Source: Mytilus trossulus | Taxonomy: Eukaryota | Direction: 5' to 3' | DNA length: 64,000 nt | NCBI RefSeq assembly: GCF_036588685.1 | Contig: NC_086373.1 | Span: 21,576,001-21,640,000 of the forward strand | Shown: positions 25,788 to 38,165 of the stretch, in pieces | Position numbering within the stretch: position 1 is the stretch's first letter | Layout of the letters: each line of letters begins with the position of its first letter | Notes under the pieces: generated by a model | What the model was told of the DNA's origin: nothing | Seen by the model: the letters and a program-made list of their open reading frames with translations, nothing else | Database searches by the model: none | Program-made: the position numbers and the translations under genes

Positions 25788-27254
25788 ATGGAGGATGAGC
25801 TTGATTATGGTCCATTTGATGGTGAAATCCCTGAAAGATTGGAGGAAGATGCCAGGATAAAAGGCAGTAGTAGGAATCTGAGTAAGGCAAGACTCTGTCC
25901 GGTATGTCCAGGTCGTTTCACTAATGTAAGAAGGCATGTATTTCACCAACATTTGCCCTGGTACACTAATCCACTAACTGCATGTTGGACTTGCCATAAA
26001 TAATTTGGTCAGAAAAGATGTTAGAAAATCATTGCCTTGAACTCCACAACTGCAATATTGCTGATAATATTTTCAAAGAAGAGTACCAGTCAGTATGGAC
26101 AGAATTGATGAATGGTCTCCTATTGGAACTTTGCCAGCGCTATGACAAAAAGACCCTTGATCATCTGGTGGAGTATGTACGAACAGAAGCTGTCTTTAAA
26201 CAATGTCAATCAGCTGTATTCCATTGGACAGATATACCCTTATTGAATTTCTACAATAAAAAAAAACAGATTTGATGTGGAAGTCATTCATGCTGTATTT
26301 CCTCCATCTGCAATATATTCTTTGGTACATTGGAAAATTTTGGCTTTATTATTAAAAGGAACTGAGGATGCCGAAAATCTTATAACATTTGAAAAGGAAA
26401 TATCCCTCTATCAATGCAGTATCCAAAAGGCTATTATGGTTACTGATTCTCATTTCCATTTGGATAAGATGAAACAACAAGCCAGATTTTCTGGCTTACC
26501 GATCTACAAATGGAAAGATGGAGAATCAGTATACCAAATAAGACATCTGATTGCTAATTATGCCTTCCCAAGACGCTGGACAACAATAGAAGAGATTGGA
26601 GAAATCAGGAGAGATCGACGTATAAGAAGTACTGCTGGTATACATCCACGGATAGTGAAGGGGGAGGAGATGAGTGTACTGAGTTCATGGATTACCGATT
26701 TAGAGATGTTAATCTGTGTGAACAGAATGATTGCAGTTGGAGAATGTGGGTTAGACTCCTCTGATAAACCAAATAGCAAAGAACTCAAGAAACAGGTCCA
26801 CGTATTTGAGGAGCAGCTTAAACTAGCTAAGAGGCAACATCTTCCTGTGGTGATTCATTGCAGGGGAGACAAGAAAATAATGAATATGTGCAGGGATTCA
26901 TTAACCAATTTCCTAGAGGAAGATCATCCAATACATTGGCATTGTTTTAATGGTGACACTGAAGAATACAGACAATGTAAAGCCATGTTTCCTAACGGTA
27001 AATTTGGTATCTCTCCGTTCCTACTCATGGATAACAAGTATCCAGGATATAGAGCAACCGTTTGTGAGATGAAGTTGGAGGATCTAGTTTTGGAGACCGA
27101 TTCACCCTATCTTAAACCTCAAGGACACCATGAGGCATCTCCTGGACTACTTAAGGAAATCATCTGGAAGCTCGCATCCATGTTTCACGTACACTCCGAG
27201 GAAATAGCTAGGGTGACAACTCGGAATGCCAGTCAACTGTATAATATAAATTAA
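25788..27254 (+). pseudogene. Accessory ORF3: two C2H2 zinc fingers plus a TatD (TATDN2-like) nuclease domain; ~488 aa when repaired
   Basis: Fingers: CPVCPGRFTNVRRHVFHQH and CWTCHK*FGQKxMLENHCLELH. TatD motifs: DSHFHLD, GIHP, AVGECGLD, FEEQLKLA..LPVVIHCR, HWHCFNG, LETDSPYL, TTRNASQLY. Lesions: TAA at 26001 and frameshifts near 26015 and 26258-26266. The TatD domain itself (26277-27254) is uninterrupted. Confidence 0.93.
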
Positions 27255-27391
27255 ATGCAGGAGGAAGGAATTTGTATATATGCTTTTAACCTGATTATTG
27301 ATTGATTGACAGTTATGAATTTGTTTTTTGGTTCGGTGAAGGATTTTAGCATATCGTTATTAGTGTCAGCATTGATGGCTGACGTTTTAAT

Positions 27392-27405
27392 AAAACGGGG
27401 AGGAA
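27392..27405 (+). promoter_or_regulatory. Polypurine tract
   Basis: AAAACGGGGAGGAA directly abuts the 3' LTR. Confidence 0.88.
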
Positions 27406-27618
27406 TGTAGTAAATGTCTGGAAAGTGATTGCCACAACCAGATTTGTTACCGGAACTTCAGTTAGTATTTACTGCGCAACCTCGCAGAATATATCCGGAG
27501 CTCAGACGACCCACTTGTGGTGAACTCCAGTCCTGGGATTCCTGCCCTATCAGTATATTCTACCAAGACAACATCTTATATTAGGAAAGGTATATCGAAT
27601 TATTGCACCTTTACAACA
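27406..27618 (+). repeat. 3' LTR (213 bp)
   Basis: Copy of 18911-19123 with two C/T differences; followed by the TSD GATA. Confidence 0.97.
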
Positions 27619-29338
27619 GATATGACTGGAATATTTTTTCTGTCTATTAAAATTAAAATTTAAAAAAATGTGGTGTGTTAAATAACCCGCGGCTACGCGC
27701 GTTATTCAGTGTGCACCCAATTTTTTATGTTATTTCTTCATAGACAGAAAAAATATTACAGTCATTCCTTAAAAAAATATTTATTTTCTGATTATTTTGG
27801 GATTTTCAACCACATTTATCAAATGCTATTTTTTTTTTATATGTGTGTAAATCATATAAATGTTATTTACGAACAAAATATAAAACTTTCCATGTTCCTT
27901 CCTAATAACACAGTTTTATATGCTACGTGTGTTATTGAGTGTGTAACACATTTTTATGTTATTTCTTCATTTAAACAGAAACATATTACAGTCATTCCTT
28001 GAATATACATGTATTTTAAAGTTTAGTTAAGTATTTAATTTTCTATCGAAACCAATTTTCGACAGTTTGCAATATGAGTTTTGACCGTCAAACTCAGTTT
28101 AAGTTCTTTTTCTAGGACATACATACGTAGTCATGAATAATAAGGTTAGGAGAAATTCGTTTGTGAATGTTCGTCTGACTGAAATGACGAAAACAATAAT
28201 GATACTTTGCAGAGGAAATCAATGTTCTTTCATCTGAAGATTGTTTTCAACGTAACCAAATTTATCCCATTGACACGCAATACAAAATTTAATAATAAAT
28301 AGCATGCAGGATTCCCATTATCCAGATTATCTTCAAATAAGTCGCTTATACCAATGAGAAAATAAATTCAATTTTTTTCAAATTGAATAAGAACTTGACT
28401 GTTAAATTATGTAACGGTTTGTATGTACTGAAGTTAATTGATCGTTTTTATGTAAATTTCATTCACTTCTCAAATCTGTAACCTACAAATTCAATAATGA
28501 TTTTTTTTGCCATGAGGGAATTGTCTCCTGAAAAAGTGAAATTATCTTCAATATACTGTCGAATTTATCCTCAGTGAAATAAATGACTCGAGGTCATTTC
28601 ATTTCACCATCGAGACTCTTAAATCTGTCAAAATCGCAAGTCGCTACAGCCCTATCAAGTTGTTGACTCTGAACAAAAACTCATTATAAAGAAATAATCA
28701 AAACACCAATTCCCCGGTTGTAAACTCATCAAATTTATCATTCAGGATAAGGAAATGAAGCAGAGCATCATATTTGTTCAAATATGTGATATTTGTTCAA
28801 ATATAACATATTGCTACATACATAACATTGAATTGCTGCGAAACTGCAAGGTTAACTATAGAGTATGTTGTTTATGAAGTCAATATGTATGCATTGATCT
28901 CAAAATTGGTCTACATAAGACAAACTTCTCACGAAACACTGCATGGAAATGATCTTATAGACACCTCCATCTACAGGCTTTGACAAGAAACCATAACATT
29001 TTTATATAGAATTATAATTAATAAACACATTTTTGACTTATACTTCTTTAGGTGACAACGAATTATTTTGTTCTTTACATCCTTTAATTTACTTCAAATA
29101 CCTGCACACAAAGAAACTTACTTTATTGATATTATAGAGGATTGCTTAAGCAAGACATTTGCGTCATAGACAGTATTATAAATAAATATATATATGAGTG
29201 CCATTTCGGGAGAGAAACTTTAACTTAATGTTTAAGCGCAGTACCTTTATAGATTATATTAACATTAGTGTGTTATTTGATTTATACATACCCTAGTATT
29301 AATTATGAAAAAAATGAAAACATCACGTTTATTAATTT

Positions 29339-29380
29339 GCGTCCGAAGCGCTTTCCTGGATTTACCTTCATCAGGAACGC
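29339..29380 (-). ncRNA. Minimal type I hammerhead ribozyme motif (PLE terminal-repeat type)
   Basis: Minus strand: GCGTTC CTGATGA AGGTAAATCCAG GAAA GCGC TTC GGACGC. Stem I is GCGTTC/GGACGC and the NUH triplet is UUC. Stem II is weak. Confidence 0.65.
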
Positions 29381-32300
29381 CCAAAGCCAAACATTTAAAT
29401 CAGAAGATGTATGACATAGAAGTTGCAGTAATAAAAACAACATAATAATGATATCAAAATTAATAGCCCTAGGGAAAAGGTTAACTCAAAGATATATTTT
29501 GCTTTTGGGTTTTCGTCTGTTGTTGGAATACTGTGTCTTTGACCGTACACATCTCTTATTCATATCGTTACATGGTTACACTTGCACAGTGTATTTACAC
29601 CCTAAAACAAATGCAAAAACACCCAAACTAAGAACAACAGGAAGCTCATTGTTTACAACTGACAAATATTATGTTTTCACTCAAGTAAACACGTTTCTTA
29701 CTTGCTTAAAAACTAAGAGAAGAAAATCAACACATAACAAATAAATATAGCATGACCAACACAGTTTGACAGCTGATTTTCTTTATAAACTCTATGACAC
29801 GGAGTAGTTTATCTGAACAGCTGATGCCAATTAATTGTTTATCCTCTATGTTTTCTTTACCACCTTTGATATTATACACAAATTCCTATTGTTGCAAAGA
29901 TTTTTGTGTTGAAACGTTAGGAATGTTTATTTTATTTAGCTACTTAAAACAAGTACATTGAACTACGCTATAACACAATTTTGACTGCTGTACCCCCTTT
30001 TTTGACATTTTTTACTATTATGTCTGATTATTTTGTTCTCAAATCGTTGTCAATTTAATGGAATTTGATGCGACTGTTATACCATCTTAAAGAAAATGCC
30101 CGTACAAAGTCAGTTTGTTTTACATTCGTTTGACGAAGACAAAACTGCTTCCATTATGATAAGACTATACGTTTCAGTTGTCGTTATTTCCTAATTTAAA
30201 TACATGTCTAGCAAGGAATATACAGATTCGTTAGATCATTGAAAAAAATAACCACAAGCACACAACAATACTGTGGATAATGCAACAGTTCTCGTTTATA
30301 CCTTGGTGATAAATGAAAATGTTCAAACTATACAATATTCAAGACTTAACTTTGTCATACTTGATATCAGTCACAAATATGGAATCGACATATGTTTTTT
30401 TGTCTGACCTTCTACAGACCTATTCAAACGTAACAATGTAAAACTTGTCATCATTTAACCTCAATGTTTCATAGAAAGCTAAAAAAGGCGAAATAAAAAA
30501 ATGTAAGATGTAACTCGTATGATCGATACGAAGCACAAACATTTGCGAGTTATCTAAGAAGTCACAACTAATGATATGTATTTAAGACTTAAGTATACTC
30601 TTGACAAATGTCAGAATATCCAAGCTGTACTATGTAATACTAAAACAAACTGCAAATGTGTACCATTATGGTGCTCTGAAATATATTTTGTTAAGAATAT
30701 GTATATATATTCTAAAATACTAGAATAATACTAGTTTTAATCAAGGGTGCTATTCATTTGGGATGTTTAAGTACGCAGCCACGTCCAATTATAATATTAG
30801 TCACCTTGCACAAATATGACTTGATCGACTATTACCGGTCACCTTCATCACGTACACCTTAATCGAATAGTATTGGTCATTTTCATCGAATACACATTGT
30901 AACTTAACCTGTTTTAAAATTAAAATCATTTTTTTTAGTCATAATCAAACTGCTGAAATTTAAGAAATATACCTGTTCATATCTGATATTACTATTTTTG
31001 TTGGTATCATATCTATGCAGTCCCTGTTGTAAATACCTGATATATGTCATTTTTATAACAAGCATTGCGGTGTTTGGTTTTAATTGTATATGTTTCAAGA
31101 TTGTCATAGTCAATCAGAATAGATAATCATACCGATGAAAGCTATCTGTTATCCGAAATATTTATAGATAACTGCATTTGAAGTTTTCCTTTCTTTAAAA
31201 TATTGGTTTTGTTTTGCACACTTTTTAGACGTATAGATGTATCTCATTTAATGCATTATTCTATGTATTGTTGCTTGATGATTGCTGCAAACAAGCAATC
31301 CATCAAACATGGGTTCTGAATAGGTATAGATAAAGTTTTCCATACATAATCTATTACGGATGCAATCATGATTTTGTTTGCATTTATAGAATAACTGTTG
31401 AACTGATCATTATTACGGATATGCTCCATTGTCATACTCATAGTCACATACTCTTTTCTTCATGTTGAAAAAAATCATTTCAATGCTTCATAAGTTTACA
31501 TACATATAATAAACATACTAAATTAGTTTTAAGTTTAGATCATGTAAAAGAGACCCATTATAGTCAATCAAGTTGTATTGGTTGAAAGCGACCGATACTA
31601 TTCGATCAAGGTGTACTCGATGAAAACGACCAATAATATTCGTTCAAGGTGTACGTGATGAAGGCGACTGGTAATAATAGTCAATCAAGTTATACTTGAT
31701 CAAGGCGACATATTTTACTCGTGCAAAGTGTGTGTTCAGTGGAGTTATAAACTAAAAATCTGGCCTCGACGGACATAAACAATAGCATAATGATACTTAA
31801 TCAGGAAGAGATTACCAACAGATAAATAATACATTTTTCTTAATGTCATTTTGATTATAAAAATCATTTTTCTCAAGTTTCCTTACTTTGAAGAGCCTTG
31901 GTGAAGGTTTTGTCACTTTACATGGCGTTTTTATAGTCATACCAATCCATCTATTAGCTAAAACTTAACCTAATATTTTAAGGATGTATGGAAGCTGACA
32001 TAAGCATCAGTTTTGCTTCTGCATCAGTTTTTGTAAAATAAATTAAGATTTAAAGAAATTTTGTTCTCGTAGCCGATTATGGAAGGAATCTTGCAAAAGT
32101 ATATTCTAAACCTTGATTAAAATTTCCATTACAGACTATAATTATTCATACCTTCTTTTAACATGGTTATTATTCTTAAGTTTCACGATTACTGACCATA
32201 TAACTGATATGCCTAAACAAAATATTCCACAACGCATTCATAAAATGTCCAATGAAAGAAAACAGACATATTCCAGTTAATAACTTATTGTGTTAATATA

Positions 32301-35300
32301 GATGACGATGACAACGTAAAATGAATAGTTTGTCCCCAGTGCAGACACATATACATTTGTTAATTGTGTTGTGTTTCATGTTGAGTTATAGACATTGATA
32401 CTAGTATAAAATGATTGTAAAGCTAATCACTGAAAAGCACCATTCGGCTATGAATATTTCAAAAACAATCAACAGTGTTAATTGTTTACGTTACATCTAT
32501 ACATGTTTGCAGTTTCATTCATATTGCAGACCTATTGTAATCTATGGACAGTAAACCCTGGGGAAAATGGTAGGTATATGCACCCTGATTAAATAGCTAA
32601 GTTGTGATACTACATTGAGAACCCAATCTTTTGTCCAATCGTGTCGCAAAGAATACTTATCATATATACATTTTACCGGATACAAATTCACCGATCAGGC
32701 ATTTATTGTGCATTGAAATACTGACCAATAAAATTGCGGGTGACTTGCGCAACACAAACATAATCAACATCACTTATCTTTTACTATGATAATACTAACT
32801 AATGGAGAAAAACCATAACATGCACGCTTGGTTATTATAAAAAAAAAGATATGATATGATTGTCAATAAGACAACTCTTCGAACGTGACACTATGGTCGT
32901 CGTACGTTTTTCAACAATTAGTAAAACACATAGCACATAGTCAGCAATTAACGCATATAAGTTAAGTTACACATATTAACTTAGTTTATCTGAGTTATTG
33001 CATTATATATGATATGAGGTTTCTAGTAACTACCATTGATATCCCCCGAGGTGACAACCTGTGTTATACATTGTGCAGTTATTTGCCTTCCATGCTGGGT
33101 AAGCAAACCTCCGAATAGTTCTTTCTTTAAATGACTTATCAATATAATATATCATTATAATCCTGGTACCTTTGATAACTATAATCATATATTTTATTGG
33201 CAACAAATACATAAAAACAAATGTCAACTTGTCTTAAACTGATAAAGTGTAAAACTTCAAACGGAGATATGTGTTTCCAAAAATGAGTGGAAAAGGGGAG
33301 GGTTGGGGTTAAGATAGAGACAAAACTTTAATAAACATCTTATTCTACGAATCCCTCTCAGAGATTTTGCAAAGATTTATTGACTGACAGAAGGCTTGGC
33401 ATATCCGAATATAAGGATTCAGATTGAACTTCCAAATTGAGATAACTGAGTATAACAAATATAAAAGTCAATTGGATTAGAATAGACATGTACATAAATA
33501 ACACGGAGATTGTTACCCCGAGAAAAATACATACTCAACCGATGCGAAAATATCTGTTCTATCACCTTCGTATATATATAGATATGTGTTATTTGATTCA
33601 TTATTATTTTGAATTTTCTGTAATTATTGTCTTTTTAATTATGGATTTTAGCGATTTTATCATTGGTTTATAGAAGAATATGGTAAATGCGAATCTTGAA
33701 TCTATGATGAGCTGGTTTACCCACTGGCTCTTGATTAGGAGTAGAATATCAGCATCATAAAACACCATATTACTGGTTTATAGAATAGGATCTGTGTTCT
33801 GCATTAGCAGTAAAACATTATTTTTATAAAGTGACAGTAGATTTTGCAGTCATGTACAACAGAATTCGATCTTCGATTGCTATACCTATGCGTACTCGGA
33901 TGTGCATATTAACCAAAGATCAGACATCATAAAATGATGTATTATAAATATTTTATTGCCTAATTAAGAGAAGACAAGAGTCATGCACCATAGCTGATAA
34001 TAATGAATATCAAGTACTCAATTAACACTTATAAAACAAATAACGTAAATGATAAAAATTATAGCATAAATAGAAAAAAAAAATATTTTCCTATATCTGA
34101 TTCAACAATGACCATACGCGTATTGCAACATAAAAAATGTGATAGCAAAATACCGAACACCAACTAATGATGCCAAATTCCTTTAGAGATGTTCAATTAG
34201 CAGGGGATACCGATGGTAGATCATAGACGCCTCAGATCAGCGACAATGCAATAATTCGAATAAGTATCTTAACTTACAAGTGTTTATTGTCTAAGGGGAA
34301 ACACACATTACACAATCACCAAACAACTCCTCGTATCTGAACTGTAAATGTAAAATCAGAGTCTGAGTTACAGAATGAAAATATGATTTAATTATTTCAT
34401 TATTAGAATTATTGAGCTATAAATATATACAAGAAAGAAGAGAACCTCACAGTCAATTGGCCAAAGATTTGTAAATTGTGCATAACTTTAACAGATTAAA
34501 ACAAATAAGATGTTATGGTTATGTGCATGTTTGGTAGACAAGAGGAGTAAATGGGTCTTATCTTTCAATTTGTTGTATGAGCACTTCGAACAGATAAGAG
34601 TTTTAGATGTAGAAAACTTGGTTCTAGTAACTTTCTGTTCTATCATAAGTTTGTGTGCCATAATAAGAATTCTGGAAATACTTTTTCTAGGTAACAAAGT
34701 ATTGTTAACTGTAAACAACTCAATCGGTTTTGATAGGATAATGTTTGAAATGCAAATCTCTTTTTCATACACTCAAACAATAATATGTTCATTCGTCATT
34801 TCCTCAAAGACTTCCAATACTACTTGTAATTCTCTTCCAATTCGTACTTTATTTGGCATTTTAATAGTTTTGATTCGCACGTCACTTTTGAGATTTTGTA
34901 GACGAAACGCGGGTCATACTTATAATTTGTTTTAGCTCGGTATCTATAATGTGATTATTCATGTTTGGAAATTTGGTTATTTAACAAGTTCATCACGTCG
35001 ACTGTCTGATGCTTAACATTTCTTACCCAGATATAAGCATTATTCAGAAGTGGAATGGATGTTCCTATATTTTCTAATCTATTCTTCAATTTGAATATGC
35101 TTTTAACAACATCAAAATGTACACAAAACTTTCAAATCTCTGATAAATCTGCTATATAACGTGATTTTAAATGTGCCAACACAGTGTTATATACATTTGT
35201 TCTGAAATAAGATTTCCTATATGTAATCCAAAGAAAGAAATCCATCCCGAAAATTGTCTGCAAATGGATAAAAAAAAGTCCCCAAGACCGAACAATCATG

Positions 35301-35797
35301 ACGAGTTTCCGTTTGCTTGTTGCTTGTATCATTAAGCACATGCAAATCTTTACACAACTTATCATAGCATATAATTGTTTTTGTAGATGATGTAGAGACA
35401 AAAAGATAAAGTTATTTTTGTGCAAACCCAAATTTTTATAAGTATGAAAAATATTTGATAAACATATAAAGCAATTTATACAACATATTATTATAATTCT
35501 GTACGATTACGATGCACTTTAAGACCAGATGACAACAATAGTTACGGCATTTGTTATTGGATTTTCAAAACAACCTTTGTAAGAGTGCATAAGATAAGCA
35601 ATAAACGTTTATTCAAAACATTTAATGTTTTAATGGGGTTTTAATTCACAAGAAGAGGAGAGAAATTAATGCACGTGTTTACTAAGGATTTATTTGTTTG
35701 CACTAAAGATAATGATTACGGTGTACAAAAAAATAGGTGAACGCATGATATTTAAGCATGAAAGAAAGTAGATGTGTGGTATATTAAAAGCATAATC

Positions 35798-36946
35798 TTA
35801 ACACAAGAAAAACATAAACACACGCTTTAAAAATGTTTTGGATTCATTTCGAAATTTGGTATCCATAAAAGCATAAATGAAAGGGTTTACAATATTGTTG
35901 ATTATAAACATATCCGATACGAACAGCACACCTGATCTCTTCGCTTTTGACATTTCCTCCCAAAAATCCTTGTTTAGTCCTTCAATAATAAGCAAAATTA
36001 CCTTTGATATATAACAAAGTAAAAATATCAAGGTTATGAAGAGAAACATAATTGTAATATTATGGGTAATTCGACGATTATTTTTCGTACGTCTTACGGA
36101 TCCATTTTGCTTGGGATTATTCACCGTCGAGGTTTCCATGTTCTTCTTTGCATCCAAACTATTTGGATCACTGATGCCGATTGAAAGCTCTTCGATTAAT
36201 TGCATGTCTCCACTAAAAGAAGCAGCGCTTTTTTTAATCGAAATTGTATTTCCTTCTAGGTCTGGATCGTTTTGCGCATATTTACGCCTCGGTTCCTGAA
36301 CTTTAAGCTGATGGAATATTGTGTACCCGATTTTAGAGTATAAAATGATAAGGGCTAATGTTACAACAGTAGCAAACGTTCCCAATACAATTGAGTAGAC
36401 AACCCGGAATGTTGTTTCGCCATCTTTTACTCCTCCACAATGCATTCCTTCTATCCCATGCTCAGAGCTGTAAAAGGAATTCGTTTCAAACACAAAGGGT
36501 ATAGGTAGTGCAATAATAAATGAACACAAATTTGCGAGACACAATGAAAGTCTTTTTACCGAACGTTGTATAGGAGATTTCTGCCGATGACACACTTTTA
36601 AATATCGCTGAATTGCTATAATGAGCAAAACAAATATTGGAACAAAAGTAGTAAATCCAGCAAAAAACTGTGTTAGCTTGCAAACTATACTGTTTGAAAA
36701 AACTACTTGATTTAGACACTCATAAATTGCAAAAGATCCAAGATATACACTTGCTATCATGTCAAAAACAGCTAAAATTGGTATGAAATATCTTTCATCT
36801 GATAGGTCCTTTATTTGAAGTGCATAAACAAACAAAACAATACCGTTTCCAAATATTCCAGTCAGGATATAGATAGAAAGAATAATAATGTTTGGTATCA
36901 AACTTTTCACTATTTCATCATTCAAATCCAAAACTGTGATGTTCAT
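35798..36946 (-). CDS. Intronless class A (rhodopsin-like) GPCR, orphan peptide-receptor-like, 382 aa
   Basis: Seven hydrophobic segments. GN in TM1, LAVFD in TM2, Cys at the top of TM3, QRY (DRY variant), ECL2 Cys, NPFIY in TM7, and helix 8 (KFR). Confidence 0.93.
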   Translation of the reverse strand: MNITVLDLNDEIVKSLIPNIIILSIYILTGIFGNGIVLFVYALQIKDLSDERYFIPILAVFDMIASVYLGSFAIYECLNQVVFSNSIVCKLTQFFAGFTTFVPIFVLLIIAIQRYLKVCHRQKSPIQRSVKRLSLCLANLCSFIIALPIPFVFETNSFYSSEHGIEGMHCGGVKDGETTFRVVYSIVLGTFATVVTLALIILYSKIGYTIFHQLKVQEPRRKYAQNDPDLEGNTISIKKSAASFSGDMQLIEELSIGISDPNSLDAKKNMETSTVNNPKQNGSVRRTKNNRRITHNITIMFLFITLIFLLCYISKVILLIIEGLNKDFWEEMSKAKRSGVLFVSDMFIINNIVNPFIYAFMDTKFRNESKTFLKRVFMFFLC

Positions 36947-38049
36947 GTTTATTCAACCCAAAAAACATACCATACACCTTGTAGAAGTTTGAATATAAAG
37001 ATTCAAAACATTTTTATTTATTGTTCCTCATATAATGTTATAAATCTATATAGATGCTGTAAACGTAGAATTTCCTTCCTTGAACAAAATAAGAGAGAAT
37101 GATTATCCATACCACTTAATGACAATTAAGGTTTGAGTTTCCTGATATTGAAATTTTAAATGAGAAAATCTTAATAAGTTAAAGTATTTCTAAGCCGGTC
37201 ACGGTTTTCAAAAAATTCAACCAGAAAAATTGTAAAGGAAATAAAAAAAAATCTGCTTTACCATTTTAATAAAATTGTATTGAAGGAAAGTAAAAAAAAA
37301 CAGGTTCCAGCCATATTTCAAAACTAAGGGAATATTTTCTCTAAATAGAATACGGATCTGAATTCAGATCTAAAGTGGAAAAAGACCTACTTTTATGTAT
37401 TATTTTAATCTTAATGTTTACCTATCCATAGTTTCTTCATATGCTCGCTCATTTTGTTCACTTCTTAAGTTGTCACTGAGGAAGATATCTGCTGTTTTTT
37501 TTTATGTTTTACATGTGACCCCAAAATAAAGCTTAACAAGTCGAAATTGTGGTATTTTGTGATTGCGTGCATAGAAGATAGCAGGGCATAGAAACATTTT
37601 TATATTGATCGATATATATTTAGATTATATGTTCATCAGATGCATACTTTGCATTTTATTTTATAGATCTACCGAAAGTAATTTATAGTCATGTGATATA
37701 GGTATATCGTGTATTTTCATTTACATCGAGAGAAAAAAATCATTTATCAGTTCATAATAATGGTATTTAACTGACAATGAAATCATATTATGCATTGTTT
37801 TGCACAACAAACACATATTCTTCTGGAATCTGAGATATTTGACTCATGCCTTGACAACTGTCTAATGCCGAACACGTCTTTTGAACAGATATAACTTTAA
37901 AGTATCATTAAGCAGTCAAATTGATGTTAATAACTTATAATATATGGCTAAATTTTAATATGCATTTAGCAGTATAAGAATGTATCATAGATGATTTTAT
38001 TTATTTCCTATAAAATTGGTATATTACAAGACTTTTGATGTTGTATTAC

Positions 38050-38165
38050 TACTGCTCCAACAAAGTTATGAGGAGGACAGATTAAAAATGACACTTCGTA
38101 AATTTTATGGACACCATCACGATTTGGTTGATCCATACGATGTATCTTTGTCCAAACTAACATTT
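38050..38165 (+). mobile_element. PLE C-terminal fragment
   Basis: LLQQSYEEDRLKMTLRKFYGHHHDLVDPYDVSLSKL resembles the PLE post-RT motif LLxQGYxxxRLxxSLRKFYGRHxDLV. Confidence 0.65.

Larger units (their letters stand above)
18911..27618 (+). mobile_element. Full-length Ty3/Gypsy LTR retrotransposon (8708 bp) carrying HhH-Gag, Pol and a ZnF-TatD third ORF
   Basis: Paired 213-bp LTRs (TG...CA), GATA TSD at 18907-18910 and 27619-27622, PBS, PPT, and domain order PR-RT-RH-IN. Confidence 0.98.
18757..27771. mobile_element. Short non-autonomous element with an internal inverted repeat (Crypton-like), split by the Gypsy insertion
   Basis: Rejoining the flanks gives TAAGATATGACTGGAATATTTTTTCTGTCTAT, whose inverted partner ATAGACAGAAAAAATATTACAGTCATTCCTTA lies at 27740-27771. 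The family assignment is by resemblance only. Confidence 0.5.

Noticed and set aside
26277-27254. TatD as a host gene or bacterial contamination
   Set aside because: It lies between integrase and the PPT/3' LTR of an element with matched LTRs and a TSD, and its motifs look like the eukaryotic TATDN2 type.
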